46,113 bases of DNA from Chiloscyllium plagiosum. Taxonomy: Eukaryota. The stretch is from contig NC_057717.1 of assembly GCF_004010195.1 (NCBI RefSeq), positions 105,524,742 through 105,570,854 of the forward strand. Reading direction: 5' to 3'. Positions 1 to 11,300 of the stretch are shown in pieces. How positions within the stretch are numbered: position 1 is the first letter of the stretch; each line of letters starts with the position of its first letter. The translations under genes and the position numbers were made by a program. The notes beneath the pieces are model-generated. The model was not told where the DNA came from. It did not search any database and saw only the letters and a program-made list of their open reading frames with translations.

Positions 1-575
1 AAATGTGTTGCTGGAAAAGCGCAGCAGGTCAGGCAGCATCCAGGGAACAGGAGAATTGACGTTTCGGGCATAAGCCCTTCTTCTGGAATGAGGACAGTTT
101 GTCCAGCAGGCTAAGATAAAAGGTGGGGAGGAGGGACTTGGGGGAGGGGCGTCGGAAATGTGATAGGTGGAAAGAGGTCAAGGTGAGGGTGATAGGTCAG
201 ACTGGGGTGGGGGCGGAGAGGTCGGGAAGAAGATTGCAGGTTAGGAAGGCGGTGCTGAGTTCGATGGATTTGACTGAGACAAGGTATTTCCCCTCCCCCC
301 ACCTTGTCTCAGTCTAGTCCATCGAATTCAGCACCGCCTTCCTAACCTGCAATCTTCTTCCTGACCTCTCCGCCCCCACCCCAGTCTGACCTATCACCCT
401 CACCTTGACCTCTTTCCACCTATCACATTTCTGACGCCCGTCCCCCAAGTCCCTCCTCCCTACCTTTTATCTTAGCCTGCTGGACAAACTTTCCTCATTC
501 CTGAAGAAGGGCTTATGCCCGAAACGTCGATTCTCCTGTTCCCTGGATGCTGCCTGATCTGCTGCGCTTTTCCAA
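1..575. mobile_element. Inverted pair of Penelope-like element terminal repeats (family A)
   Basis: Arms ~12-285 and ~301-575 are reverse complements around a ~15 nt spacer. Each carries a hammerhead-like motif: 54-89 on minus with the core mutated to CAGAAGA, and 497-532 on plus. Confidence 0.8.
497..532 (+). ncRNA. Minimal type I hammerhead ribozyme motif (family A)
   Basis: AUUC-CUGAAGA-A-GGGC UUAU GCCC-GAAA-CG-UC-GAUU; one mismatch in stem I. Confidence 0.65.
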
Positions 576-924
576 CTATCATTGATTGAACAACTGGGGA
601 GAGGGAACCTTTAGGTTCTTCATACTGTACCTACATATCAACAACTGCCAACTGGAGAATTGAGCCCTGATTTTTCACTGCTTACAGCTCCAATTATACC
701 CAAAGAGAGAGAATCCATAAAACGTAGACTCAGAAGTAGGCCACTCAGCCCATCAAGTCTGCTCTACCATTCATGAGATCATGACTGAACTGAGAATCCT
801 CAATTCCACGCTCATCCAGTTTCCCTATGACACTTGATTCCTTCCCCTCATAGGGAAATTCCACCTTACCTGGGAACAACCTTGTAAATTGACTCTGGAC
901 TGACTCCAATGTCAGTCTATCTTT

Positions 925-2630
925 CATAAGAACTAAGACATAGGGGCAGAAATTAGGCCATTCAGCCCATTGAGTCTCCTCCGCCATTCAATCATGGCTG
1001 ATAAGTTTCTCAACCCCATTCCCTCACTTTCTCCCCATAATCCTTGATCCCCTTAACAATCAAGAATCTAGCTATCTAACTCCATGTTAAATATACTCAA
1101 TGATCTGGCCTCCACAGCCTTCTGTAGCAATGAATTCCATAGGTTCACCATTCTCTGGCTGAAGAAGTTTCTCCTTATCTCCGTTCTAAAAGGTCTTCCC
1201 TTTACTCTAAGGCTGTGCCTTGGATCCTAGTCTCTCCTTCCAACAGAAACATCTTCCCAACATCCACTCTGTCCAGGCCATTCAGCATTGTGTGTGTTTC
1301 AATTGGATCTCCCCTCATCCTCCTAAACTCCATCAAGTATAGATCCAGAGTCCTCAAACGTTCCTCAGATGTTAAGCTTTTCATTCCTGGGATCATTCTG
1401 ACGAACTTCCTCTGAACACGCTCCGGGGTCAGTACATCCTTCCTGAGATTTGGGGCTCATAACTGTACACAATACTCCAAATGTGGTCTGAGCAGAGCCT
1501 TACAGAGCCTCAGAAGTACGTCCCTGCTTTTCTATTCAAGTCCTCTCAAAATAAACGCCATCATTCCAATTGCCTTCCTAATTACTGACTGAACCTGCAT
1601 GTTTACCTTGAGAGAATCCTGGACTGGAACTCTCAAGTCCCTTTGCACTTCAGACTTCTGAATTTTCTCCCCATTTAGAAAATAGTCCATGCCTCTATTC
1701 TTCCAACCAAAGTGCATGACCTCACACTTTCCCACATTGTACTTCATCTGTTACTTCTTTGCCCACTCTCCTAACCTGTCCAAATCTTTCTGCAGCTTCC
1801 CACTTCCTCAATACTACCTGTCCCTCTACCTATCTTTGTATAGTCTGCAAACTTAGCCAGAATGCCCTCAGTCTCTTCATCTAGATCATTAATGTATAAA
1901 GTGAAAAGTTATGGTCCCAACACTGAGCCTTGCAGAACACCACTTCTCACAGACTGCCACCCTGAGAAGGACCCTTTTATCCCCACTCTCTGCTCTCTGC
2001 CAGACAGCCAAGCTTCTATCCATGCTAGCACCTTGCCTCTAACACCATGGGCCCTTATCTTACTCAGTAACCTCCTGTATGGCACCTTGTCAAAGGCCTT
2101 CTTGAAGTCCAGGTAGATAACATCCATTGGCTCTCCTTGGTCTAACCTGCTCGTAACCTCCTCAAAGAATTCTAGCAGATTTGTCAGGCGCAACCTCCCC
2201 TTGATGAAACCATGCTGACTTTGCCCTATTTTACCGTACACCTCCAAGTATTCAGAAATCTCATCCTTCACAATGGATTCCAGTATCTTACCCATAACCG
2301 AGGTCAGGCTAATCAGTCTGTAATTTTCCATCTTTTGCCTTACTCCCTTTTTAAACAGAGGTATCAGGTTAGTGATTTTCCAGTTCTCTGGGACCCTTCC
2401 TGATTTGAACGATTCCTGAAAGATCATCACTAACACCTCCATTATCTCTTCAGCTATCCATTTGGTCCAGGTGGTTTATCCAACTTCAGGCCATTCAGCT
2501 TTTCTAGCACCTTCTCCTTGGTGATGCCCACCATACTCAGCTCTGCCCCCTCACTCTTTTGAACTTTTGGGATATTACTTGTGTCTTCCACCGTGAAAAC
2601 TGACATGAAGTGATTATACAGTTCCTCAGC
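925..2630 (-). mobile_element. CR1-type LINE, 5'-truncated, disrupted ORF2 reverse transcriptase
   Basis: Fragments NYRLISLTS..GKILE, QHGFIKGR...TNLLEFF, YLDFKKAFDKVP, GVLQGSVLGP, KCEVMHFG and RGDPIET, with frameshifts and stops. Confidence 0.93.
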
Positions 2631-3344
2631 CAATTGTAAATGCCCTGACACGACATCCTTAAAAACAGACTCTAACATCTTCCCTTTGCTTAACATATGA
2701 TAAACGTTAAGTAAATTGGCCTACAGTTACCTATTTTTAATCTCCCTCTTTTTTCCCATAAGGGTGTTACATTGACAGTCTTCCAATCCTCTCAGGTTTT
2801 TCCAGAATGTCAGAATTTTTGGAAGATTATTCCCAAAGCATCTATTTTTGTAGCTACTTCTTTTAATATTCTACAAGCAACCCATCCATCCAGGGGACTT
2901 ACCAGCTTTAGCTCAGTTTCCACTGTACTTCTTCCTCTAGTAATTGTTGGTGTGTTTATCTCCTCTCCCCCCGTTACCACTTGATTATTTAGTAATTTTT
3001 GAATGTTATCAGTGTATTCTATGGTGAAAACTGATGTGAAGTACATATTTATTCAAATCCTGGTTCCCTTTTCATTCCCATTATTATTTCCTTAGTTTTA
3101 TTCTTGAAGAAACACCGTAACTTTGGCCTCTCCCTTTTACTGTATATATTTAAAAAAGCTCTTTCTGTCTGTTTTTATATTACTTGCTAGTTTATTTTCT
3201 CCCTTTTTGGTTTTTATAGGTCATCTTTTGTTGGTTCTTACAGCTTTCCCAAGCCTTTGTCACATGGCTTTTTTTTTCTTTCAATTAGATGCTATCCTTA
3301 ACTTCCTTGGTTAACCATGTTAAAAAATCACACAACACCAGGTT

Positions 3345-3431
3345 CCTGAAGAAAGGCTAATGCCCGAAACGTCAATTCTCCTGTTCCCTCGATGCTGCCT
3401 GACCTGCTGCGCTTCTCCAGCGACACACTTC
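3345..3431 (+). mobile_element. Short family A Penelope-like tail inserted into the family B element
   Basis: 12-bp direct repeat caacaccaggtt at 3333-3344 and 3432-3443 flanks cctgaagaaaggctaatgcccgaaacgtc... Confidence 0.75.
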
Positions 3432-4120
3432 CAACACCAGGTTATAGTCTAACAGGTTTATTTGGAAGCACTAGCTTTCAGAGTGCTGCTCCTTTATCAT
3501 TTAGCTGTGGAGCAGGATCGGAAGACACAGAATTTATAGCAAAAGATTACAGTGTCATGCAGCTGAAATGATATATTGAACAAACCTAGTCTTTCATCTT
3601 TCAGAATGGGTTGCAGGTTTCGGTTCATTAATATGGCAATCCCAGAACTTCTTTTAGATCACATTCTCGAGATAACTTAAAGCTTTATAAACCTTATGCG
3701 CGCACACACACCCCACACACACAGAGACGTCTATGGGATGAATTTATATTTGCAGATCCATTCTATTTTGCTCACATAACACACAATCTGCAGGCAGTTA
3801 ATACATGTGAAATGTTATAAATTCCTAGGTTGGAAATAGAACTAGTCTGACTCAAGATTGGAATGCATACAGACTCTAACTTCATATCTTTAATGCATTG
3901 TCTGAGCCTACTTGTCACTTTTAAAAAAAAAACCTTAAGTTATCTCAAGAAGGTGACTTAGAAGTTCTGGGATTGACATATTGATGAACCGAAACCTGCA
4001 ATCCATTCTAAAAGACGAAAGACTTAACAGCAATCTAGGTTTGTTAAATATATCGTTTCAGTTGCATGACACTGTGATCTTTTGCTATAAATTCTGTGTC
4101 TTATGGTCCTGTTCCACAAC

Positions 4121-4155
4121 CACCTGATGAAGGAGCGTTGCTCCGAAAGCTAGTG
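4121..4155 (+). ncRNA. Minimal type I hammerhead ribozyme motif (family B), intact
   Basis: CAC-CUGAUGA-A-GGAGC GUU GCUCC-GAAA-GC-UA-GUG: stem I CAC/GUG, 5-bp stem II, palindromic AGCU stem III. Confidence 0.7.
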
Positions 4156-4727
4156 CTTCCAATTAAACCTATTGGACTGTAACCTGGTGTTGTGTGATTT
4201 TTAACTTTGACCACCCCAGTCCAACACCGGCTCCTCCACATCCTGGTTAACTTTCCAAGAATTCTTCTTCCTCATTGTTCCTGACTTTCAGCAAAGATAT
4301 ATCCCAATGTTCTTAAAGGTTGTTCCTCAGCTGTCTGTTCTGCTAAACTTTTCTCAGTTCACCACAGTCAAGCCTGCTCTCATCTAGCTGTAGACACACA
4401 AATTCAGCACAGCTGTTTCCAAAGTATCCACCTCCCAAACGGAATGTTAAATTCTACCATGTTATGGTCACTGTTTCCCAGGGGATCGTCTACTCTGATA
4501 AGATTTATTAAACCTGCCTCATTACATGTAAACAGATCTAAGAAAACCTGATCCTTGGTTCGATCCACAATTCTCTGAAACGGTCACAAATACATCCTTC
4601 CTCATGACTATCTTCACTGAGATTGGAAAAGTCACATTAATGACGATTAAACTAATCCCTGAACAAGGTACAGCCTTTTCGATATGCCCTTGTAATCTCC
4701 TACGATATAGCTACTCTTTAGGGATTA

Positions 4728-5068
4728 TTAGAATTAGATTCCCTACAGTGTGGAAACAGACCCTTCAGCCCAACAAGTCCACACTGACTCTCTGAAGAGT
4801 ATCCCACCCAAACCCATTCCCCTACACCGATTACTCTAGCTTTCCCCTGACTAACACACCTAGCCTACGCTCCCTGAACACTACAGGTAATTTAGCACAA
4901 CCAATTCACCTAACCTGCACATGGTGGGAGGAAACCGGAGCACCCGGAGGAAACGCACACAGACAAAGGGAGAATGTGTAAACTCCACACAGACTGGAGG
5001 CTGGAATCAAACCCGGGTCCCTGGTGCTGAGAGGCAGCAGTGCTAACCACCGAGCCACAATGCTGACC
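4728..5068 (-). mobile_element. tRNA-derived V-SINE (HE1-like)
   Basis: A/B-box head (gtggctcggtggttagc, gggtttgattcc), V-domain tcctccgggtgctccggtttcctccca, and CR1-like tail ...ctgtagggaatctaat. Confidence 0.85.
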
Positions 5069-5500
5069 CACACGGACTGTTCCCATCAGTGCCTTTTTCC
5101 CCTGGTTATTTCTAACCAGCTTTGTTTCCATAATGGCTATTATACCCATCGTACTGATTAACCTCTTTGTGCCAACAATCCATTCATTTTGTTCTGTATT
5201 GCATACGCCTTTCAGTAAAGAGCCATTGATTTTGCCTCTTGCCACCACCTCCCCAACTTTGTTCCTTTTGCTATTTTCCCCATTTATATACTCTGACCCT
5301 CTCTGGAATGGACATCCAAATAGCTACCCTGTAACGTTGCCATATTCTATCATTTTGTAATCGACATTACCTTCCCGACCCCCTGTTTAGTAAGCCCTAT
5401 CTATAATCTGAGTTAGTTGTGACAGTGGTGAGCTAACAGGGAGCAGAGATTGTCCAGTGTCGATCTGTCACCATTGTCGATATCCTTACCTGTGAATTAG

Positions 5501-5601
5501 GATCTCATTCCTGAAGAAGGGCTCATGCCCAAAAAAAACGATTCTCCTGTTCCCTGGATGCTGCCTGACCTGCTGCGCTTTTCCAGCAACACATTTTCAG
5601 C
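5501..5601 (+). mobile_element. Solo family A Penelope-like tail with 17-bp target-site duplication
   Basis: ccttacctgtgaattag at 5484-5500 and 5602-5618; the hammerhead GAAACGTC has decayed to an A-run. Confidence 0.8.
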
Positions 5602-5631
5602 CCTTACCTGTGAATTAGCCCAGTACAGATA

Positions 5632-5948
5632 CTGGCACATCCCAAGGTCCAGGTCTACGTGCTGAGGGATGCACTAAAGTTTAGGGCAGCTGCTGCCAAG
5701 GCGCAGTGGGGAAAGACCACCGTCTGAGGGCTTCCTGCCCAAGGTAAATGGGAATCCGTTCAGTTATTGGACTCTCCTGGTGCCTCTAATATATTGACTC
5801 ACAGTCTGGTTCAAGTAAGAGATGCTTTTGGTTTGATTGGATAGAGTGAAACTCCAATGTTTGATTCCTTGAGCTGCTGCTGTTCAGAACGGAACTGTGT
5901 TTGCACGTATGAGTGTTTTTAGTGAATAAAGTATTTTTTGAAATAAAA
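5632..5948 (+). mobile_element. 3' end of a Tx1/L1-like non-LTR retrotransposon
   Basis: 5632-5727 translates LAHPKVQVYVLRDALKFRAAAAKAQWGKTTV*, recognised from memory as a chondrichthyan Tx1-like ORF2 C-terminus; followed by a UTR ending gaataaagtattttttgaaataaaa. Confidence 0.65.
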
Positions 5949-6015
5949 CAAGACAGAAATCCATTTTACAAGGGAATAAAGTATTGCAGAGCCAGGTACA
6001 GGGTTACACCAAATA

Positions 6016-6026
6016 TTTATTTTATT
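6016..6026 (-). promoter_or_regulatory. Candidate poly(A) signal (overlapping AATAAA x2) for the RALGPS-like 3' UTR
   Basis: Plus-strand tttattttatt reads AATAAAATAAA on minus, ending a ~2.3 kb stretch free of recognisable interspersed repeats after the stop codon. Proximal AATAAA also occurs at 7325-7330 and 7463-7468. Confidence 0.5.
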
Positions 6027-8333
6027 GTAAAAAGTCACCAAGGGCAGGCGCTGTACATGAGTGAGTGAAAATCCTCGGACAATTTCCTTTAAACACAGGT
6101 AGCTCAGGGGTTGAGGAATCAATCGCATTAAAAATAAAAAATCCATCTCCATGCAATGTATAAAACCTGAGCAGAGACAAACCCATCAGCTGAGACGGAG
6201 GTTGCTGTGACTGGTGAATATGGTCCTGTGGGTGAACACAGAGCAACAAACATCACCAAGTCCCCTGGGTTCACTCAGGGTCTGTCTACAACAGAGCAGC
6301 TGTCTCTTGTAACTCTCGCCAGCCACACTTACAGCAGGAACACATCTGCAAACATCCACAGGGCTCTGGGTGTTAGTCAAATTAATATTTACACATTTTA
6401 CATACATTTTAATTTGGTAGTCAGTTCATGAATCTTGTTAAAGGTACTTAGCAAGGGAGGAGTCAGGGGGATTTGCACCAACAGCGTTCTCTCTCTCTCC
6501 GACATTGTGAAGGGACAGGGAGTCAGGTTCTGGGTGTAACGTGGAAGTTAGTGCAGTTGGGGATGTCAATGAAAATTCAGCACCGGTTTCCCACAGGTGT
6601 CTCATCCTCGCTCTGCGGCAGAGTGAATTAAAAGATAAAGATTGTACTGTCAGGTGATCAAACCAAACCAAACCAAGCCAGTGTGCTGTAATCAGCACGA
6701 CCATAACATTCACCCTCTGAGTCAGGTTGGGGTTTGGAGGGAGTGGGGGACTGGAGAGTGGGGGACTGGAGAGTGGGACACTGCACCAGGAGCTACTGGG
6801 ATTTAACACAAAAACAAAAAGGGGAGGGTGCTGTTGAACAACTTGCTGACTTGTCAGGAGCTGGTGCTGTATTCCTCAACGACACTCGGGAAGACGGAGC
6901 TTCTCATTGGAGGCAGTGAGAGGGAGTTGTCCATTCCCATTCCAAGCACAGCACCATGAGGATGAGGCTGAAGTGATGACAGCCGGGAGGGAGATACAAT
7001 GATGGAGACAGCAACCATTCTCGTGGCCAACATGGTGGTGAGGTGAAGTGGGATTCTCGATCGGCACCTGCTTTGTGATCAGTGAGGCAGGGGTAGTGAG
7101 GGGGAAGGGGAGGACATCGTGAGGGTGAATGTGCTCAGTGACCAACTGCGGCAGCTTTTGGGGATTTAAGGAGGAGAGAAAATGGAGATGAAATTTGCAG
7201 GAAAACATCACAGGAGAGTTGGCAACTGAAACTTGAACACGCGAGTCGTGAACAACTCCAAACAATCGTACAGAACAACCTCTCTCTAACACGTTCCCAG
7301 GTGTTATATTGATGTCAGGATGGATTTATTTTGATCCCTGCTTTAAACAAAACCCCTAATGCTTTTCAGGAAAACAAGTATGAGCTGGCAAAGTGGATTC
7401 CGATTTTACATAATGAGCTCAGAGGATCCAACGTGGAATTCCTGCCCAGGGTTTGGACCTGGTTTATTTGGCAGGTAACGGTTCTGTTGGAGGTTTGAGG
7501 GTTGGGATGAGTCTGGGGGGTGTCTGTGCCAGACAGCAGCTTGTGGTCTGAGGTGCCCTGCTCTCTGTCTCTCCTCACTGGGTTTGAATGGAGGGGAACA
7601 TCAGGGGCTGTTAAAACACACAGGACACACATTAACAAAAGCCAACAGTGGAGGGAGTGGACCATGTGGACAGAGGGAGTGGACCATGTGGACAGAGGGA
7701 GTGCCCTACTCATTCACCACCAGTCAGGAGGAGGAGTGCAGTCACACCCCGATTGGGAAACATGGGGAGGTGACGAGGGAATGGCAAAGATGTCAGTCAG
7801 TGTAACAAACAGGAGCTGCAGAACTTACTCTGGCAAAACATCAAACATTTAATTGATGTGAAAAGGAATAGGAAGGGGTTAACAGTGGTTGTTGACTTAA
7901 AGAATTCCAGAGCCATTTCCACCAATAGGTTTTGTACAAATGATTGTGACTTAGCCCATCCATCCCATCTGAAAACAATGTGCAGTAAAATTCCACACAA
8001 GATCATACACAAAAGATTTGCCCCACCCACAACATCCTCATTACAATCGGAGTGACTGACATTGGATAATAATTGAGAAATACCAACAAAGTCACTGATC
8101 ACTGTCTGTTCAGTGACCAGCAGTGTCTGTAAAAGGCAGATCCCAGACCCTGCTCACTGGGAACTCAGCAGAATTCAACAATTCTCTCCCAATCTGTTTG
8201 GGACAATGGAAAATGTCCAAAGTTTGCAAACCAGGGGGTGACACTGGCATCAGTTTACAACATTTCTGTATCTTCAGCCATAAATCTGCTTCAATTTCTG
8301 AAAACATTCTGGAAATCTCCACGGCTTCCTCAC

Positions 8334-8363
8334 TCATTCAAAAGACATCAAGTTCAGGGGAGG
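8334..8363 (-). CDS. RALGPS-like terminal coding exon: PPLNLMSFE*
   Basis: Acceptor atttattgcag|CCT CCC CTG AAC TTG ATG TCT TTT GAA TGA; matches the recalled RALGPS1/2 C-termini VPANLMSFE and VPTNLMTFE. Confidence 0.92.
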   Translation of the reverse strand, partial: PPLNLMSFE

Positions 8364-11300
8364 CTGCAATAAATATTAATTAGTGCAAAATAAAATCGGG
8401 TTCTGAATCAGACAAGGTCAACGAGAGAAAGAAACCCCCAGAGAGATGGGAGGAAGGGGAGGCTGGATTGAATTGATTTCACAGCTTTATCTGAAATGGG
8501 ATAAATGTGAGGGAGTTTGACAGAGACGCTGCTGTATGCCCCTGGGGCGAAGATTCCTTCCAGTTAATAACCTGCTCTTAACAGATCCTGCACCAACTAT
8601 GGAGATCAACTAATTGTTCAATAAACATTCATCAACTGAGGTTACACAAGCCTCAGTATAGCAACAGACAGAGTGCTACACGGCCGCAGGGTCAGTATGG
8701 ATATGGGTATCATTGGCTGGAGCAGCATTTATTGCCTGTCCCTAGTTTCCCCTCGAGATGGTGACGGTGAGTTGTCTTGTTCACCTGCTGTAGTCCGTGT
8801 GCTGGAGGTACAACCACAGACTTGCTAAGGAGGGAGTTCCTGCATTCTGACCCAGCGACACTGAAGGAACGGCAGCATATTTCCAAGTCAGGATGGTGAG
8901 TGGCTCGGAGAGGAACTTGCAGATGGTGGTGTTACCATGTATCTGCTGCCCCTGTCCCTTCAGATGGAAATGGTCATGGGTTTGGAAGGTGCTGTCTGAG
9001 GGTCTTTGGTGAATTTCTGCAGTACATCTTGAAGATAGCACACATTGCTGCTACCAAGCGTCAGTGCTGGAGGGAGTGGATGTGGTGCCAAATCAAGCAG
9101 GCTGCTTTGTCCAGAGTGGTGTTGAGCTATTAGGGCTACACTCATCCAAACAAGTGGGGAGTATTCTATCACACTCCTGACTTGGGCCTTGTAGACAGAA
9201 TCATAGAATCCCTATAGTGTGGAAGAGGCCATTCGGCCTATTGAGACCACCCTGATCCTCCAAACAGTATCCCATCCATACGCACCCCAATATAACCCTG
9301 CATTTCCCATGGCCAATCCACCTAACCTGCACATTTTTGGACTGAGGGGGGGGGGAAGCAGAGCACCCGGAGGAAACCCATGCTGACACGGGGAGAATAT
9401 TCAAACTCCACACAGACAGTCGCCCGAGGGTGGAATCGAACCCGGGTCCCCCAGCGCTGTGAGGCACAGCTGAGGCACCATATCACCTCAGATGGTGAGT
9501 TACTCGCTCCTAGCCTCTGACCTGCTTTGTAGCCTGTGTGTTTATATGTTGAGTACAGTCCAGTTTCCAGTCAATGATAACTCCCAGGATGTTGAATCTG
9601 GAAGATTCAATGACAGTAACGCCATTGAAGGTCGAGAGCTGGTGATTAGACTGTCTCTTTTTGGAGATGGTCATAGCCTGGCATTTGTGTGGTGTGAATG
9701 TGACTTGTCAACCCAAGCCTGGATACTGTCCGGATCTTGCTGCATCTTTGCAGAGAAGCATGGACTGCTGCAGTACCTCAGGAGTGGTGAATGGTGGTGA
9801 ACATTGTACCATCCCCATTTCTGACCTTACCATAGGGAACAGTCATTGATGAAGCAGCTAGAGATGGTTGAGCCTAGGACGCTACCCTGAGGAACTCATA
9901 TAGAGACGGCCTGGAGCTGAGATGACTGATCTCCAACAACCACAGCCATCTTCCTACGTGTCAGGTATGACTCCAACCAGTGGAAAGTTTTGCTAGGGTT
10001 CTGTGATGTCACACTCAGTCAGACGCAGCCTTGATGTCCAGGGCTGTCCCTCTCCACTCCCCTCTGGGATTTGGCTCTTCTGTCCACGTTAGAACCAAGG
10101 CTGTAATAGGGTCAGCGCCGAGGGAGCGCCGCGCTGTCGGAGGGTCAGACACAATAGGTGGAGGGAGAAATGTGACACCTATCTGATCACTAGAGGCGTA
10201 GCAGTCCTCACTGTAGAGGGCTGGATGAACTAAATGCTCCATCAGGGAAACAGGCTTGTCTCCAAATAAGTTTGTCCTTGATTGGGTCACACTTACCTGG
10301 TTCCTGTTTCTCTCACAGGCCTTGCTTAAGTGTTTGACCCACAGTGTTGCATTCAGTCTGCTCCCTGCGTGGAATCGATAACAATGCCCTGCTTGAAAAA
10401 CAGAGGGAGAGTTGGCAAAGTTCCACCATCTCAACAGGAAAGGCCAGACTAATACCATCCCTTTACTTCAGACATGTCGGCCTCTCTCACAAACCAGGGT
10501 CACATCTGATTCCAATCCTGCTGCTCTCCATAAGCCCAACCCATCCCTTTCAGGACCATCACTCCTGCCCAAGCAACAGCTCACTGGATAGCTCTCTCAG
10601 TAAAGGAGGCAGAGAGTACAGAAGTGAAACAAAGAATTATAAAGCGAACCATGTTCCTTTAGTGAAGGGGGGGTGTGGTGGGGAACATGCTCATTAACTG
10701 TTCCCCCTCAGGAATTCTTTACAACGTTACTGAAGTGAACAGCAGATCAGCACAGGGAGTGTACCCTGGTCCTGGGAAACTCCGCAAGCTACAGCAACTT
10801 AACAGTGTTGTGAAGAACATGCTCAGTAAAGTCCTGTCGATCTACCCAATGAAGAACATTACCAGTTACTGTACACTGCAATGTTCTGTGGTCTGCCTAA
10901 CTTTTCCTCCACTCCTCCTTTCCCACCATCTCCATCAACCTGGGCGGCATGGTAGCTCAGTGGTTAGCTACAAAGGCAGTTCCTGAGGTAAGGACAGTGT
11001 AAACTCACCGTGCTCAGAGTCTGAGAGCTGGAAAACATCAACATCTGGATCTTCCATCAGAAATGGCATCCAACCAACAAGACACACTCTCTTACACCAG
11101 CTTGACTTAAACTGCTCCAAAAAAGAAACCTCACAAATCATTATCTGCAACAACTGGACAGAAACAGTTAAATTCAGCTCCAACCTGACAACTCTGTCCC
11201 TGTAGCTCAAAAATATTCCCCAAAATGGACTGTACAGTAATGAGGAAGAGGGGAGGAGAAAGGGTCAGGACCCTTTCACTAAAGAGTTATTTAGCCCAAA

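Larger units (their letters stand above)
3316..4243. mobile_element. Inverted Penelope-like element (family B) with long inverted arms
   Basis: ~3319-3690 is inverted relative to ~3930-4207; flanked by tggttaac (3308-3315, 4244-4251); hammerhead motifs in both arms. Confidence 0.75.
2630..4700 (-). mobile_element. Older degenerate CR1 remnant, interrupted by the Penelope-like element at ~3316-4243
   Basis: ORF 2810-3046 (YFTSVFTIE, SPLDG...RILKEVA) is CR1 ORF2-like, and similar sequence resumes after 4250. Confidence 0.6.

Noticed and set aside
6876..7068. Alternative RALGPS terminal exon starting cag|VPIENP
   Set aside because: 8363-8334 gives the family C-terminus NLMSFE*; this stretch has no homology and is probably 3' UTR.
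10943..10985. tRNA gene (also the SINE heads at ~5040, ~18620, ~41230)
   Set aside because: These are SINE tRNA-derived heads with no complete cloverleaf.
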